Source: Ruditapes philippinarum (Eukaryota). Taken from it: a stretch of DNA of 64,000 nucleotides. Positions within the stretch are counted from its first letter, which is position 1, and each line of letters begins with the position of its first letter. The notes under the pieces were generated by a model. The model saw only the letters and a program-made list of their open reading frames with translations. It was not told the DNA's origin and made no database searches. This document shows positions 49,776-62,749 of the stretch, piece after piece. Made by a program: the position numbers and the translations under genes. The stretch is taken from contig NW_026854357.1 of the NCBI RefSeq assembly GCF_026571515.1, forward strand, positions 1 through 64,000. The letters are read 5' to 3'.

Positions 49776-52204
49776 GCATTTGTAGGTTACAGGCAAGTGC
49801 TTTGAAGTTAATGAACTTAACAATTCGTCTAAGGATGCCACTAAGACCTTATTAAGCTATATCTTATTTAGCTTTATAGTAAGGATTTAAGGGGGAATTT
49901 AATGTCTACCTCAATGGAGTTTTATACCAACAAAATTCGTAGATAAGATTGACGCTATAAAATAGCAAATGATGGAGATGAGATGAAACACAAAGTTCTG
50001 GTTTATTAAAGATAATTTCTACTTGAAAAAAGAGCAGACTGAAAATGGTAATAATTTAGGATTCCTCCCGCACACTAACAATTCTTATTGAATCACAGAA
50101 ACAGACCATCGAGTTATAAGGTGTGATTAAATGAAATCTCACGTGGGTCATTATATTATATGATTGTCAAGTTGGTCTAAGAAAAAAATAATACAGAAAC
50201 ACTTTTTTTTGTTTATACCGACAGTTATAGTTGATTAGTGTATTGATCCTTATACTACCAGTACGGCGTGTAATGCGACTGTGAGGTAAAATGTGGCAAA
50301 GTTTGTTCCAGATGGTGCATGTTGAATAAAGGTGGTTCGTACCATTGCCAAAATAAAATTTAAAATTTCAGCTGTGGTCATGTCCAAATTGAGGCAAAAT
50401 GCGGAGTGTGAGGAGAAGGGTTGGGGTTATCATCCGGGTACGTGTGGGCTACACACGTTATTTAAAGTTTGGCTACATAATGTCATTTTAGGTTACGTAA
50501 TCGTCAACATTTTCCAAAACTATCCACTGGTAATTGTTTTGTAAACGTTCCAACACCATACTTATAAACACTTTTTGGTAAAAAAACAACACATTTGATT
50601 ATGCTTCAATAATCTGGTTAAGAATAAACTAAACTCATAAATTTACTGGTTTATGATTACTTAATTGGTATCGATACTTGTGAAATAACTATTTCTTAGC
50701 TCTATCAAGTCGTCATCTCATGGCAGCGCTTTCAATCACAACCAATTTTAAGTTTCTTGGTTGTGCTTAACTTATTTCCAGGCGTATAGATGTTATGTTA
50801 GTTACAAACATGTCCATTAAAAATGCATCTTATAGTTTGAATATGTGTTAAGTATTGTTGAAAATAAAGAGTTGTTTCAAATATAATTTTAGGAGATTTT
50901 TCCCCTTTCTACAACCATGAAAACGTGGTTTGAATAACAACTGTCGAAACTAAAAATAATTCGAATGAGTTACCGATAGGAATACTCAAATGCCAAACTG
51001 CCTATTCTGCAAACGTTTGTCAAAGACAGAGATAACTATGAAAAACAAGACACGTTTCTATATATTTAGAACCAAAATATATCATTCACCATGGTCAACA
51101 TACCTGGAAAAAATGGGGTAAAGCCAATTGAGTTGTTAACACTGAAGTATTTATGTACCAGAAAATGCTTGTTTCAGAACTATCCGATGAATAAATACTG
51201 ATAACTATTTCAAAATGAGGCAATTTTAAGAAAACTGACAACCAAATACTAACCGTCAAAAATGAGCCTCTTTTATAGTTTGATAGTGAACGGTTCACAA
51301 GGCACTTTTATAGATTTATATTACAAGGTATTTTGACTTACTTTATTTCTAAAAAGTATTCAACGAGAATTGATAAATAGACAGGAATGTACACGTATCT
51401 TTAATAAAACAAACGTTGTCTTGTGTACGAAATATTTATTTGATTTTATACCTTCTTGAACAGGTGTATAATTACATTGTAAATACATTCTGTGATTGAA
51501 GGTTTTGTTTAACTGTTGAGACACATGTCGAAACAAATCTGTACAGCGTATGTTTATATGTCATTTAAGACAGTTCTTTAATTAATATATTAATATGAGT
51601 TTTTGATAATGGATAAAAAATACATATTATATATTAAAAGAAATGTATTATTATTTGTCAGAGTTGATAAAATAAAACTGCTTTCTTGAGTACCTGATTG
51701 TATGTTTGGTTTTTCTCATGACTTAACATGCATGATGTGCATTTATAACTTGATAATGATAAGATAATTGCCGAAGTTTACAAACTGAAATTCGTGTACT
51801 TTGCTATAAAACCTCGAATGTTTGAATGTATAGTGGGTTTCAAAAAATTTCAGCTTCTGACAAAATGAATAATACATCGTTCAAACAAATATTCACAGAC
51901 ATTCGATATAGAATTAAAATAAATATTTTATTATTATATATTTGGTTAGGTTGCAGCGATAGATAAAAATAGGAAACACGAGTTGTTAACGCTGCAAAAT
52001 CAAAAAGTATATTAAAAAGTATATTAAAAAGTGGGCACACGGGGTTGGGGCATATATTTGAATTTCTTCTGGTCCTTGTGTGGAAGTACAATGTGAAAAG
52101 AAAAATAGATCAATCACAGGGCCTGGGTAGGTTTTTGAACATTATATAGCATTTAAAAATTTCAAATTGAAATGTAATTCTACCCACCTGACTCTATGCG
52201 GCTT

Positions 52205-52280
52205 TACAAAATCTTACCACCGAACGATGTTTAACATTTAAACATTACAAAATCTTACCACCGAACGATGTTTAACATTT
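52205..52280 (+). repeat. ~40-bp tandem duplication
   Basis: TTACAAAATCTTACCACCGAACGATGTTTAACATTT occurs twice. Confidence 0.9.
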
Positions 52281-52749
52281 TTTTAAACATTTAGTAAGAT
52301 TTGGCTCCGGATGAAGGAATCGCCGGTCAAAATACCATCTGAACCCCATATGTGCTTGAGAGATCCATAGGTGCATAATATAAAATCATCAACATAATAA
52401 TAATGAATCACTTCCATAAAGCAATCTATGTTTTATTATTGTGTGCATTATTCTGTAATTAAAACTTATATCCGAAATAGAAAGTTTTTTTTCCAAGACG
52501 AGCTTAAATAACATCATCAATAAAGAAAAAGATAAAAGCCATCCAGTATAATTAAAGTATTGATAATAGATATGGTGGGAAGTTTAAGACTAGTTTAAAC
52601 GTGCACGTATGAGTGTTTCTCTATTGTAACTTATGCCGGAGTGGGATGGTTAAAATGAAGTTTAAGGAAGTAAAACACATACTTGTCACTTGTTACATGA
52701 ACGTTATTTCGAATTATATCACACCTTAGTAGAATATAAGTATTTTGCA

Positions 52750-55700
52750 TGGATCGATGTTGCAAAAAAGTACATTTATTTTGTAAAGTAAAAACTTTTT
52801 AAAAAGTGAATACCATTCACAAATATCAAACGAAAACGGAAACATAATATTAACTAGTATAACACGTTATTTCTATTCAGCGCACACATATCAATATAAA
52901 TCAACACAAATAATAATATATCTTATTGATTTTGATGATGTAACAAAAACAGTTTGGTGTCAAAGTTATAAATATAGATACGTTTGTGATTCTTCCTTTA
53001 CCATTTTCATGCCAATAGTGTTGTTTACTCGAAAACGAGAGTAAAATATTTCTTTTGAAAACAGCTATTCTAACTAAAAGGAAATGTTTGTGCCCGTGAG
53101 CGAACATCTATTTATTCAACTTGTGAAATCTTGAAATAATGTTTATCTATATGAATTTAAGTATTTTACTTCAACCTTTAGAAGTTATTCATAAAATAAA
53201 GAAAAACGGAATCTTTAATTTCATGTGCTCTCAGTCCTGTTATGTAAGAACATTTCTTATAAAATTTGTTTAATTTGCATGCCGTTTGGTTTTAACATTT
53301 AAGTAACAGTATTGACAAAGATTATGGTCCACTTATTGATATAATATGATTAGTACAAAAATATTGAGCACATTGATTTACAATTACAAATGTAATATAC
53401 ATGCAAAGAAAAGCACTTTTATAGAAATGCCATGTCGATTGAATGTTTAATGCATGTAATAATGATTGCAATGTTAAAGATTGGAGCGCATCTATACTTT
53501 AGGAAAATATTACTTGTGTTGTTCTAAACAATCTCAAAAAAGACTCTTTCGATCCCTTTGTGACTTCAATCCATGTCTCTTGTTGATTTTTGTATTTATG
53601 TTGTGTTCAAGCTTATTATGGACTTCATTCATTCTAATATGTAACGGTAAGATTCAATAGAAGAAACTGTTAAACTGTAAAAAAGAGTTATTTTGTTGAA
53701 CTGCAAATTGTCAGCGGGATTAAATTGTCTTTTCCTCTTGTGTTTTATTATATAAATTAAAAACGACACGTCATTTATCTACAAGAAGACTATTTGACAT
53801 GTTCAGATAAATCATTAGAGGTTTGCTGTCTCAAAGCGGTTCAATTATCTTGTGGAAGAAGACGATGGCAATTTTCATTTAGCATTGCAGAATTACTATA
53901 TATTCCATCCTTATTGACACTCTTCAAAGATATCTTGGATACATATTATGTTCAAAATGTCATTGCTTATATAAAAGAAGAAAATGAAAAAAAACTACAC
54001 GTGTATCTCAAAACCAAACTTTTCACTAGACAAAATGTTACATACATGTATCAACACAATTTCACAAGCAGAAAGTTACCATGAACGATTTTGCGACATC
54101 ACATTTGATTTATACACAATTTATTTTAGTTCGATTGTGTAGGATGCTATAAGCTTATAGACACACTTTCGAAGCCGTTCCTGGGACCAACCAGTACTGA
54201 GCAAGGAGTGTAAAGTTTCTTGCTCACGGAAACAACGACTTGCCCCTGACTGGGTTTGAACCAATGCGGCTAGCGATCATTAGATTATTAGTCCGACAAG
54301 TTAACCACTCGGCCATGCCGCAACTTTATTATGATTAAACGTAATGTTATTAAGACAAAATATTTTTTGTGATTCTTATACCTTATTAAAAAAAATTGTT
54401 TTTCCAACGGAGATTGAATGAAAATCGAAGGGATTTCAGGCCATTATAAATTTGCTATTACTTGCAAATTGTGTACATTTTGTACAATTGTTAGCAAGTA
54501 ACTCCAGTCCCTTTCAAAGACAGAAAGTATACACAAACAGTATAACGGAAGTCGATTCTTTAAAGTGGTATAATGCTCATTTTCAAATTGGCATTGGCTT
54601 TAATTGACTATATATTTCAATAAACTGGTCGTTATAATGATGATTGACCAACACTTGGTATTTGAAAATGTTACGGGTAAAAATAAATCTGCCTTAATAT
54701 ATAGACTGTCCCAGTCTTTATATAAATTAAACGTTTTTAATAAATTCCGACGAATAGTTACACACATTTCACAGGGCCTAGTGAGTTATTTATCGTTCAT
54801 GTGAAGTAAATTATAAAAATAAAAGGAATTGTGAGAAAATGTTAACTTATTTGTAATAATACAGGCATTTTTTGCTTGTGTCTCATAACTGATTCTACAG
54901 CAGTGTTTTATTTGGAATGTGATTATTTAACATAAATATGTGCTTAGTCGATGTGTATGAAAATAAATAATTTAATGTTTTTATTGAAAAAAGAAATTTG
55001 CTTGCAGGTATATTGTTTTCACAATATTGAGAAACTTGTCCATGCATGTAACAAGATGGAAACAAAATTAAACATGAAACTATTTATTAAAGTATGGAGT
55101 AATCCGTGATACCAATATGCGCTCGCTAATATTGATTTTGTCTTCTATTTGAACGTCAACTGTCAATTTTTGATGAATCTAACATTTAACAAAATCTACT
55201 CGATTGACACTGTATGTGAAGCTTTTCTATTTCCTAAACACTGAATGACTACAAACAGTTATCATTACGTGAAAATTATGTCACAGAAAAATAAATCACA
55301 CAATTGTTTAAAAGTGAAAACAATACGAAAATCTTACATAAATGTTTTTTCTTTCAACACAAAATAGGAATCTTGGAACAAAATTCTGGGCAGAAAAAAG
55401 GTATGTTTTATGGTTTCAGTTTAGTAATAAACTTGAATGTGGTTGTATAACTTTGTCTCTATGAATGTATTGTACTTAATACTGTACTGCTTCAAATAAT
55501 ATTTGCCCAAGTGTATTATCGTATTTGAAACCAGTACAATGTTTTTTGATACCAGTACAATGTTTTAGAATTTGTTGACCAAAGCAATATCTCATTTATT
55601 TCAAAGGGAAGCACCACCAATACACGAAGAGATGAATAATCCGTGCTTTGCTGCTTGACAGCTATGTAATCATCTTGTGGAATGAGACAATGCCGACACT

Positions 55701-56526
55701 GAGGCTATTTAGATGTAATCTGATTGATTTATATACATTCCGTTCATATTGGCAATCTCAAGAATGAAAATATATATAAGGGAGAAACATCACATTGTGT
55801 ACGTTTCTTTTGAGATATATGATATCATAAATCAAGTGAAAAAGTCAGTAATGGTACAGATGTAGGAACCATACAGACTGATTTATGTTTTGATCATCAT
55901 TTTGATATCATTATGTAGGGACCAATGTAACAGCTGATGTTTCAACATTACTATGAAATCGTCATTGTTTTAATAATCTATTTTAGCCTGCATATTACAG
56001 ACGATACACAATTTACGGATTATAAAACATAATTGAATCACATGCTCAGCACGAGGAAAATGGTTTAAGCTTAAAACATTCATTTCAATAAAAACATATT
56101 GAATATATTGTTTTATAAATGTAAGATTGTGGTACGAGTAAAAACGCAATTTATTTAAAATTGAACACTAATTTTAAAAGCATGTTTGGAGTTAAAGAGG
56201 CATATGCGTCAGGAATGACGTGACCAACATGATTGTGTACAGTCTAAATATCTTAAAGATACTTGCTTAATGTCTTCAATCATCACTGATTTCTGTTAAC
56301 TGACGTCATACTGTAAGCGCAAACATATTCTCTTAAGAGACAACGTACTGATATGAGTTATAGCCTGATTTTAAATAGGACATACTGCCTTGCATTGTTA
56401 ATATAAATTGCAAAATGATGGCTACCCTAAAGAATTCTTTATTATCAAGGGACACTGGTAAAAGGCGAAAAAATCTAAGAAGATTATCGACAGAACCATG
56501 CAGACGGACATTCGTGGCATCGCCAT
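52750..56526 (-). pseudogene. Toll-like-receptor-like pseudogene (most complete layout)
   Basis: In order: signal-like MAMPRMSVCMVLSIIFLDFFAF (ATG 56526); LRRNT-like LDCTQ/VIPDAYASLTPNMLLKL; LRR NENCHRLLPQDN*TALRQQTSNDLSEH (53800-53879); NLQFNKITLF; LRRCT-like FLKYRC; post-TM YYINKW; TIR-like HQTVFVTSSKS...C...RVILV (52850-52960). Confidence 0.55.
54121..54321 (-). mobile_element. CORE-type tRNA SINE
   Basis: Minus strand shows TGGCCGAGTGGTTAA A-box, GGTTCAAACCC B-box and core GAGCAAGAAACTTTACACTCCTTGCTCAGTACTGGTTGG. Confidence 0.85.
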
Positions 56527-57199
56527 TTGAAAAGTAAAAGGACAACTAAATATTGATATAATTATACGAGATGTTGAAAGGGATGGGACAGGACGGGAAA
56601 GATAAAATAGATAGATAAGATAGATATATATTTTTATTTAGGTTAGAACACACATATACATAATACAAAAACTTATATGCATTTTATATAAAAGGTTCTA
56701 AACAAAATTGTGATAAAATCTTTCGGAAGTTTGCCAAACATAACTATCACAGGAGGTTTATCAAATAATAAATAACTGAAAATTACAAATAAGATTAGGC
56801 CAAATTTATATCTCTCTTTCGCTTGACTAGATATTAATTTACAAAATATTGATAATGTGACTATGTTAGTAAATGCATGTATAAAGTACATGTAGTGTGT
56901 AATGACCTCGGAATGCCAATAATAGCCCGAATGCTTATTTTCAAATGGGTCCCAGGACATATACTAACGAGAATATACAATACAACTTAAACATTAAAAC
57001 AATAAGCAAAAACGTGAAACACTTTTGAAACTGGAAAATGTCATAGAGATAAAATATTATGTTCATTTTAATATTTCTTTTTACTTGACTAACAGGAAAA
57101 CAAACGTAAAACATGAAGATCAATATCTATTCATAGTGAAGTAAATTTAAAAAAATTCCTAACTGTTCTATTAAATGGGCCTTTACTGAGCTTTTGTAA

Positions 57200-57565
57200 T
57201 GACCTATCTTACTATTTTTAATGCAACTCTAGTTTATTTCAGTGTACGCTTGGAACCAAAAATAAGGCATTCAGTCTTTCCAAGATGAAATTACAATTTA
57301 TTATCTACAAGCCAAGATGAACAAGACTAGGGTTTGTCCAAGTTTTTGAGAAAAAATATTTTGATTTTAGAGGGCAAAAAAATTGCACTGAAATCAACAT
57401 ACAGGATAAGCTTACAATCTTGACGTAAATAAATTATCGTGTCATTTACATAGCACTAAGTATTTTACAAAAATTTTCTACTATAATTAGAGAAATTGTA
57501 GAATGTATAGTAATGTAATTGCGTTAACATCTTCTTATATAATTGCCCAACTATAATTTAACAGA
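57200..57565 (+). repeat. High-identity duplicate of 61905-62165
   Basis: CGCTTGGAACCAAAAATAAGGCATTCAGTCTTTCCAAGATGAAATTACAATTTATTATC is identical in both. This copy has ~100 extra bp at 57407-57512. Confidence 0.9.
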
Positions 57566-57749
57566 GATTGCAACTTTACTTAACATTTAAAACTTTTACA
57601 AAATTAATACAAAATTACTTTTATTTCATAATTATAATAGTCTCATCGCTATAAAAAACATTTCTGATATAAATACAATATCATGTTTGCTGTACACTTT
57701 TTCTATAACATATCTTAAACGAGGTATTTCATGATTTTATACTGTATAT

Positions 57750-60700
57750 ATTTTAGCTCTTAATTGTCTATATGAAAGAAGTTAATGCATCGGCATAAAT
57801 TCCACTATATGAATTCCTGTCCATTTTGTTTACACTTCAAATAAATTTATTAACAACATTTTTTTTCTTACAAGAAAGTTGAGACATTATTCTATGTCAT
57901 CTTTCAACATTTGCGACCAACCGTAATTACATCATGTTTTTGTTATTTGGAAAACCCACGTATCGTGATACGTTTATTACAAATAATTATTTTTATACCA
58001 TTAACTTAATATATTAATTATTCAATATACGCTTAGAAGCTTCCGTATGCATTTTACGCTTTTATGTTTAGACATTGCAAATAATTACAGTAAAAAAATC
58101 CATTTCTCTGACAGTCAAGGGACCATTGATTCAATATTTGTGAACTGAATGTACTTAATTAGCGCTGGTAAATACCAAATATTCTGATAAAGCTATTAGT
58201 ACGAGCTTAGCTTTTTATGAATATCAATGATTCAGAGATAAAAAATATTACTTGTGAAAGGGTTTTGAAAAACAAATGTATAAAGCATTATAATGTCTAC
58301 TACGAGCATGCAATATCCAATGTATTGCAGCTATAGAGCATTGATCACATCATGCTTCATTATGTCACTGAACGTTTTATTTTTCTGATCTTGTCATCAT
58401 GAATATTGTCTCGACAAGTACGATTCATTAACTCATATATTCTCTAAATGTCATTACATTTCGTAAAGAATGCAAACACTGACCATTTGACAGCACTTTC
58501 CCAATTTAATATTAACTTTGAGAGGTATGGGCACTTATCGGATGAACCAAAAATACTAAAATGTCATCATTTGTACAAATGTAAGCTTGCAATATTTATC
58601 AAGATTAACCATATCTTACTGCAAACATCTCAGGGCTTTTACCGAACATTTATCGAATATTGAAATATTCTCTGCATTGACCGTATAATCAGTGTGGAAT
58701 TGACAGGATAATAAAATCAAATAATAGTGCTTTTAACCACTTAGGCAACGTCAGTATTCGATGTTATGACATGTAACACTAATTTCTTTCTAAAACTAAT
58801 TACAAGATAATATTTATATACCATTTAAGCTCACTTTTGGAAGAAAAAGTGGAGGTATTGTCATGACCCACTTGTCGGCGTCGGCGTTGGTAAACCTTTA
58901 TTGTTAAGTTTCATTTAATATGGCTATTTACTACAACATTGATTAATTTATAGTATTAAAACTTTATATGTGGATACATTTGAATACATTTTACTTGTTA
59001 CACTGGTTTTGAGGTCAACATGTCAAGGTTATTGTGACCTTTAAAATATAAAAGATTAAGGACAAACTTGGTTTACATGCTCACTTTCATTATTTTGGGC
59101 AGATAGTCCTTAAGATATATTTTGCAAAGTAATTCCGAATTTTAACTAAGATTTGTTTTTTCTGGTTAGCCTTTTAAGTAATTTAAAGTTATTTTCAAGA
59201 ATATTCACTTTAAACTCGAATTGTTGATCACTTAAAACATGGGGTGCATTTTAATGAGCAGATAATCCTGAAGAGGGGATAAATTGCTAAATTATCTCCT
59301 TTTTTATATGTTTATATGTGCATCATTTTTCAGGTATTTACTTTCAAACATGAAATATCTGTTGAATATCGAGGCAAAATTTCTGCCAAATAGCTTTTCA
59401 GAAATATGCCTCTCTTTCAACTGGGTTGTCTGTCTCATTTTATTTTAGTCATTGCTGACGCTCATAAAAACTTTACATTTCTATGTATCTTAATAGGAAC
59501 ATTTAGGATATTTACATGATATTTTTACATGAAACTGTTGTAAGCCACCACATCGGATAAGTTATACATAACTGCAACATCCCGTTCTTTTTACGTAACG
59601 TTCATCATATTATCAATTATGTTTCGCTTACACTATAGATATATGGCCATAACAAAACTCGTTATAATATGGTTGTAGAAACAGAAAGAACACAATATTA
59701 TAGCTGTTGACAAGAATTCGTATGTTCTTTTAAATGTAATTGCACATCACTTATTGTATTTAAATTATGACTGTCAGATATTTGTCAATTATAATTGTAC
59801 CGAAAAAGCATTTTATTTTCTTTGGATAGAAAATGTATATATCTTTTGTTATACATATTTTGAATGTTACGCCATGTGTTTTGTTTACATATAAAACTAT
59901 TAGAAGAAATTCTTGCAATTCGTATTTATTTATTTCATAGTTAATATAAACGATCCTCGAGGTTTGTTCAGATTGCCTTAATATTTAAGTCACAATGTCA
60001 GGAATGGAAACTGGCGAAAAAGCCATCAATGCATTTTCTAGTAAAAGGGGTGCCCATCTTGACAGCTTAATTTCTGAATCAGAAGAAACGAGGTCCTTAT
60101 GAAGAATAAATGGGTGTTCAAATTGTAATGTCGTATAGTGCATGTAGTGTAGCCATATTCAGAAATTGCGCGAGAAAAAAATGAGTATTTTGCATGCCTT
60201 TACGTATACACTGTTCTTTCGGCTTCTAGTAAATATATTCAGACGCCACAAGTGGCACTCCAATTTGCCACTGATGCCATCGGAAAGAAATCTCAAACCA
60301 TAAAAAATGCGTTTGTGTATCCCAAATACATGTTTTCTGCTTAGTAATACATTGTCCTTCCCTTGTGTATAATGTGGATATTTTTTTCATCATTAAGCTA
60401 CAATATAAAAATATTAACCCTGGTTTATTTAGCTAACAATGAGATGCTTATGTTCCCATAGATCTTAGTAACTTAATTTCAAATAATATACTTAGTGATA
60501 TAAAAACCGTTTAATTAATCGAAGATGTCAGCAAAAAGTAACAATTAGGACAACAAAACAATATGAAATTGGACGAACATGAATGACATTTACGTTTTAG
60601 AAACACCAGATTATGTTTGCTTGAAATATGACGTGTGAAAGACCTGTTCACCCACACAAAATGAATTATTAATTTCTTGAGGGGAAAGTTCATTGTTGTT

Positions 60701-60900
60701 TCAGAATCTATGTTAGGCAATGTCACACCGATATGTCTAAAAAAAATTATCATTCAGCGATGATGTATATGCCCTAGGGTCAGGCTACATAGAGGCGAAT
60801 AACTTTATAGGCCGATTGACTTACAGTTTCTGTCAATTCATATATGTTTTGATTACAGTACTTGTATTTGATTTTGTACCAAAGGTTGTCCAATAATGAG
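57750..60900 (-). pseudogene. Toll-like-receptor-like pseudogene interrupted by a HINE
   Basis: LRR-like SLNDNFF/RHIGVTLPNID/NNEL (60680-60760) and VLLSRKHVFGIHKRIFYGLRFL (60283-60350). LRRCT-like SLHL...DKCPYLSKLILNW (58500-58590), TM-like IGYCMLVVDIIMLYTFVF (58268-58322) and box1-like YHDTWVF (57950). Confidence 0.5.
58826..59470 (+). mobile_element. Old HINE-like insertion
   Basis: TAAGCTCACTTTTGGAAGAAAAAGTG hairpin start, GTCGGCGTCGGCGTT microsatellite and GAGGTCAA/GTCAAGGT internal motifs. Right end approximate. Confidence 0.6.
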
Positions 60901-61904
60901 AAGCTTCCGCTCTTCGGTGTGATATACGTCTTACCATTGCGACCTTTTGAAAACCACACAATTAAGAAAACTGGTGTTTGAGTTTACATAACCGTTACTT
61001 ATGTAGAGCTCGAACTAACAATGCAGTTTAAATTTGTAACAGATAAATCAGTCTCCGTTTGGTTAGCGGAGCATATACTCATTTAAAATCTTAATATTGC
61101 TTGTTTTAGCAATGCAATCATTTCCAAATAGTATGTTTTGTATACTCTATTTTGTTTTCATGTTAGCTAGAAGTTTGATCAAATCATTAGAAATGATTAA
61201 ATTATTCCATTCGTCTTTTAATAATAAAGTTTTTTCTTAATCAAAATATACATAATTTTTGTTTAATTTACAAAATCATCATAAACAAAATAATTATTAT
61301 TTCCTCGGCCAAACACAGTATAAATGCTAGCCTTAGACTCGAATGCACCGACATGTTATTCAGGTATTTGATAAACTTTTTATGTATTTTGTCTCAAAGC
61401 TTATGGCTTCATCGTCAAACTCGTTACGCTCACAATTTCACTGATACATTGTAACCGTTTCTTTTATCGTGTTTGCATAGTTACAGATAGCTTTTTGTTT
61501 TATTTGTGTACAACATAGTTTGCTGGAAAAAAACTTTGTTACAAAAATATGTTCCAGTTACAGACAACATCCTACTGGCTTCTGTATTAATTTGTTTTAT
61601 CGAAATATTGAAAACAAATTAATGTTCAAACGTTTAATTAACGTATTAATTCATCCATATTATTTCGAACCAAAAAAAGATGCTGATGATGTGATATGAA
61701 AATTGCTTCAAGAAATAAGAATAATATAAAAAGAACATCTGTTCTTAACAACCTTTTTCCTCTTTAAAGACTGCTCATTTTGTGAGAAACCATTTGCTAG
61801 CGTGTACAAATTATATAAGAATACTATTAATCATAGATTCACCTGACAATGAATTAACAATACTATTTAAACCTAGATATTTAACATATTTTGTGGATTC
61901 AATG

Positions 61905-62165
61905 ATATGTCTATTACAAACAATTTTTAACTCTAACTTATTTCAGTGTTCGCTTGGAACCAAAAATAAGGCATTCAGTCTTTCCAAGATGAAATTACAA
62001 TTTATTATCAAAAAGCCAAGATGAACAAGACTAGGGTTTGTCCAAGTTTTTGAAAAATAATATTTTGATTTTAGTGGGCAAAAAATAATTGCACTGAAAT
62101 CAACATACAGGATACTGTAATTGCGTAAACATCTTCTTAAATAATTGTCCAGCTATAATTTAACG
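61905..62165 (+). repeat. High-identity duplicate of 57200-57565
   Basis: See the paralogue at 57200-57565. Confidence 0.9.
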
Positions 62166-62520
62166 AAAATCATAAGCAAATGAGTGGTTTTTTTAATTTA
62201 TAACAATAAACTGGATAATCAACACATGAAATAAAATCGTAAAAATTATACTATCATAATTGTTAACAGTGATCAAAAAATATTACTCACTACCTGATTT
62301 TGATACTTTTTGTTAAATTGACATGTAAGCCTCAGTACCTCAAACCTCTAGACAGTAGGTAGACACACACAGTATTATAACAACCAGGCTTTTCTTTAAA
62401 AGGAACATATATAATTGCACCTGTTATCACAAGGTGTACTTGCCTTCGCTTTATTTGAACAATGTTATGTATTTATTGGCATACAATGCTTAATCTGGAG
62501 TGCAGGTATAAGTTACTTAG

Positions 62521-62705
62521 CCCATTGATTGGTTTCTTTTTGCCGGGGTTTCATATTGTGACAACAAGGAACGTGCTTTTATATTTGACTATGATACAAA
62601 AGAGAAAGAACACCAAAACACTCGGCATTCTAATTAATACTCGGGGGCTACGACCCCTCGTGCAAAATCAGAAAGCCTCGTGTTTCTATGCTCTTTCTAT
62701 TACAT
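62521..62705. repeat. Second copy of the 2567-2832 hairpin-containing repeat
   Basis: CCGGGGTTTCATATTGTGACAACA...AAAGAGAAAGAACA...GGGGCTACG.CCCCTCGT...GCTCTTTCTATTACAT. Confidence 0.85.
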
Positions 62706-62749
62706 AGCTATCAGATTATTGATAACTTAATGAAGTCTTTAAAAACATA

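Larger units (their letters stand above)
47900..52050 (-). pseudogene. Toll-like-receptor-like pseudogene, heavily decayed
   Basis: LRR-like KSNKYFVHKTTFVLL (51400), LEIKVSQNTL, LSLSLTNVCRIGSLAF (50985-51035) and DMFVTNITSIRL (50780-50815). Box1-like HDFKYETVLQY at ~48300-48335. Ends approximate. Confidence 0.4.
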
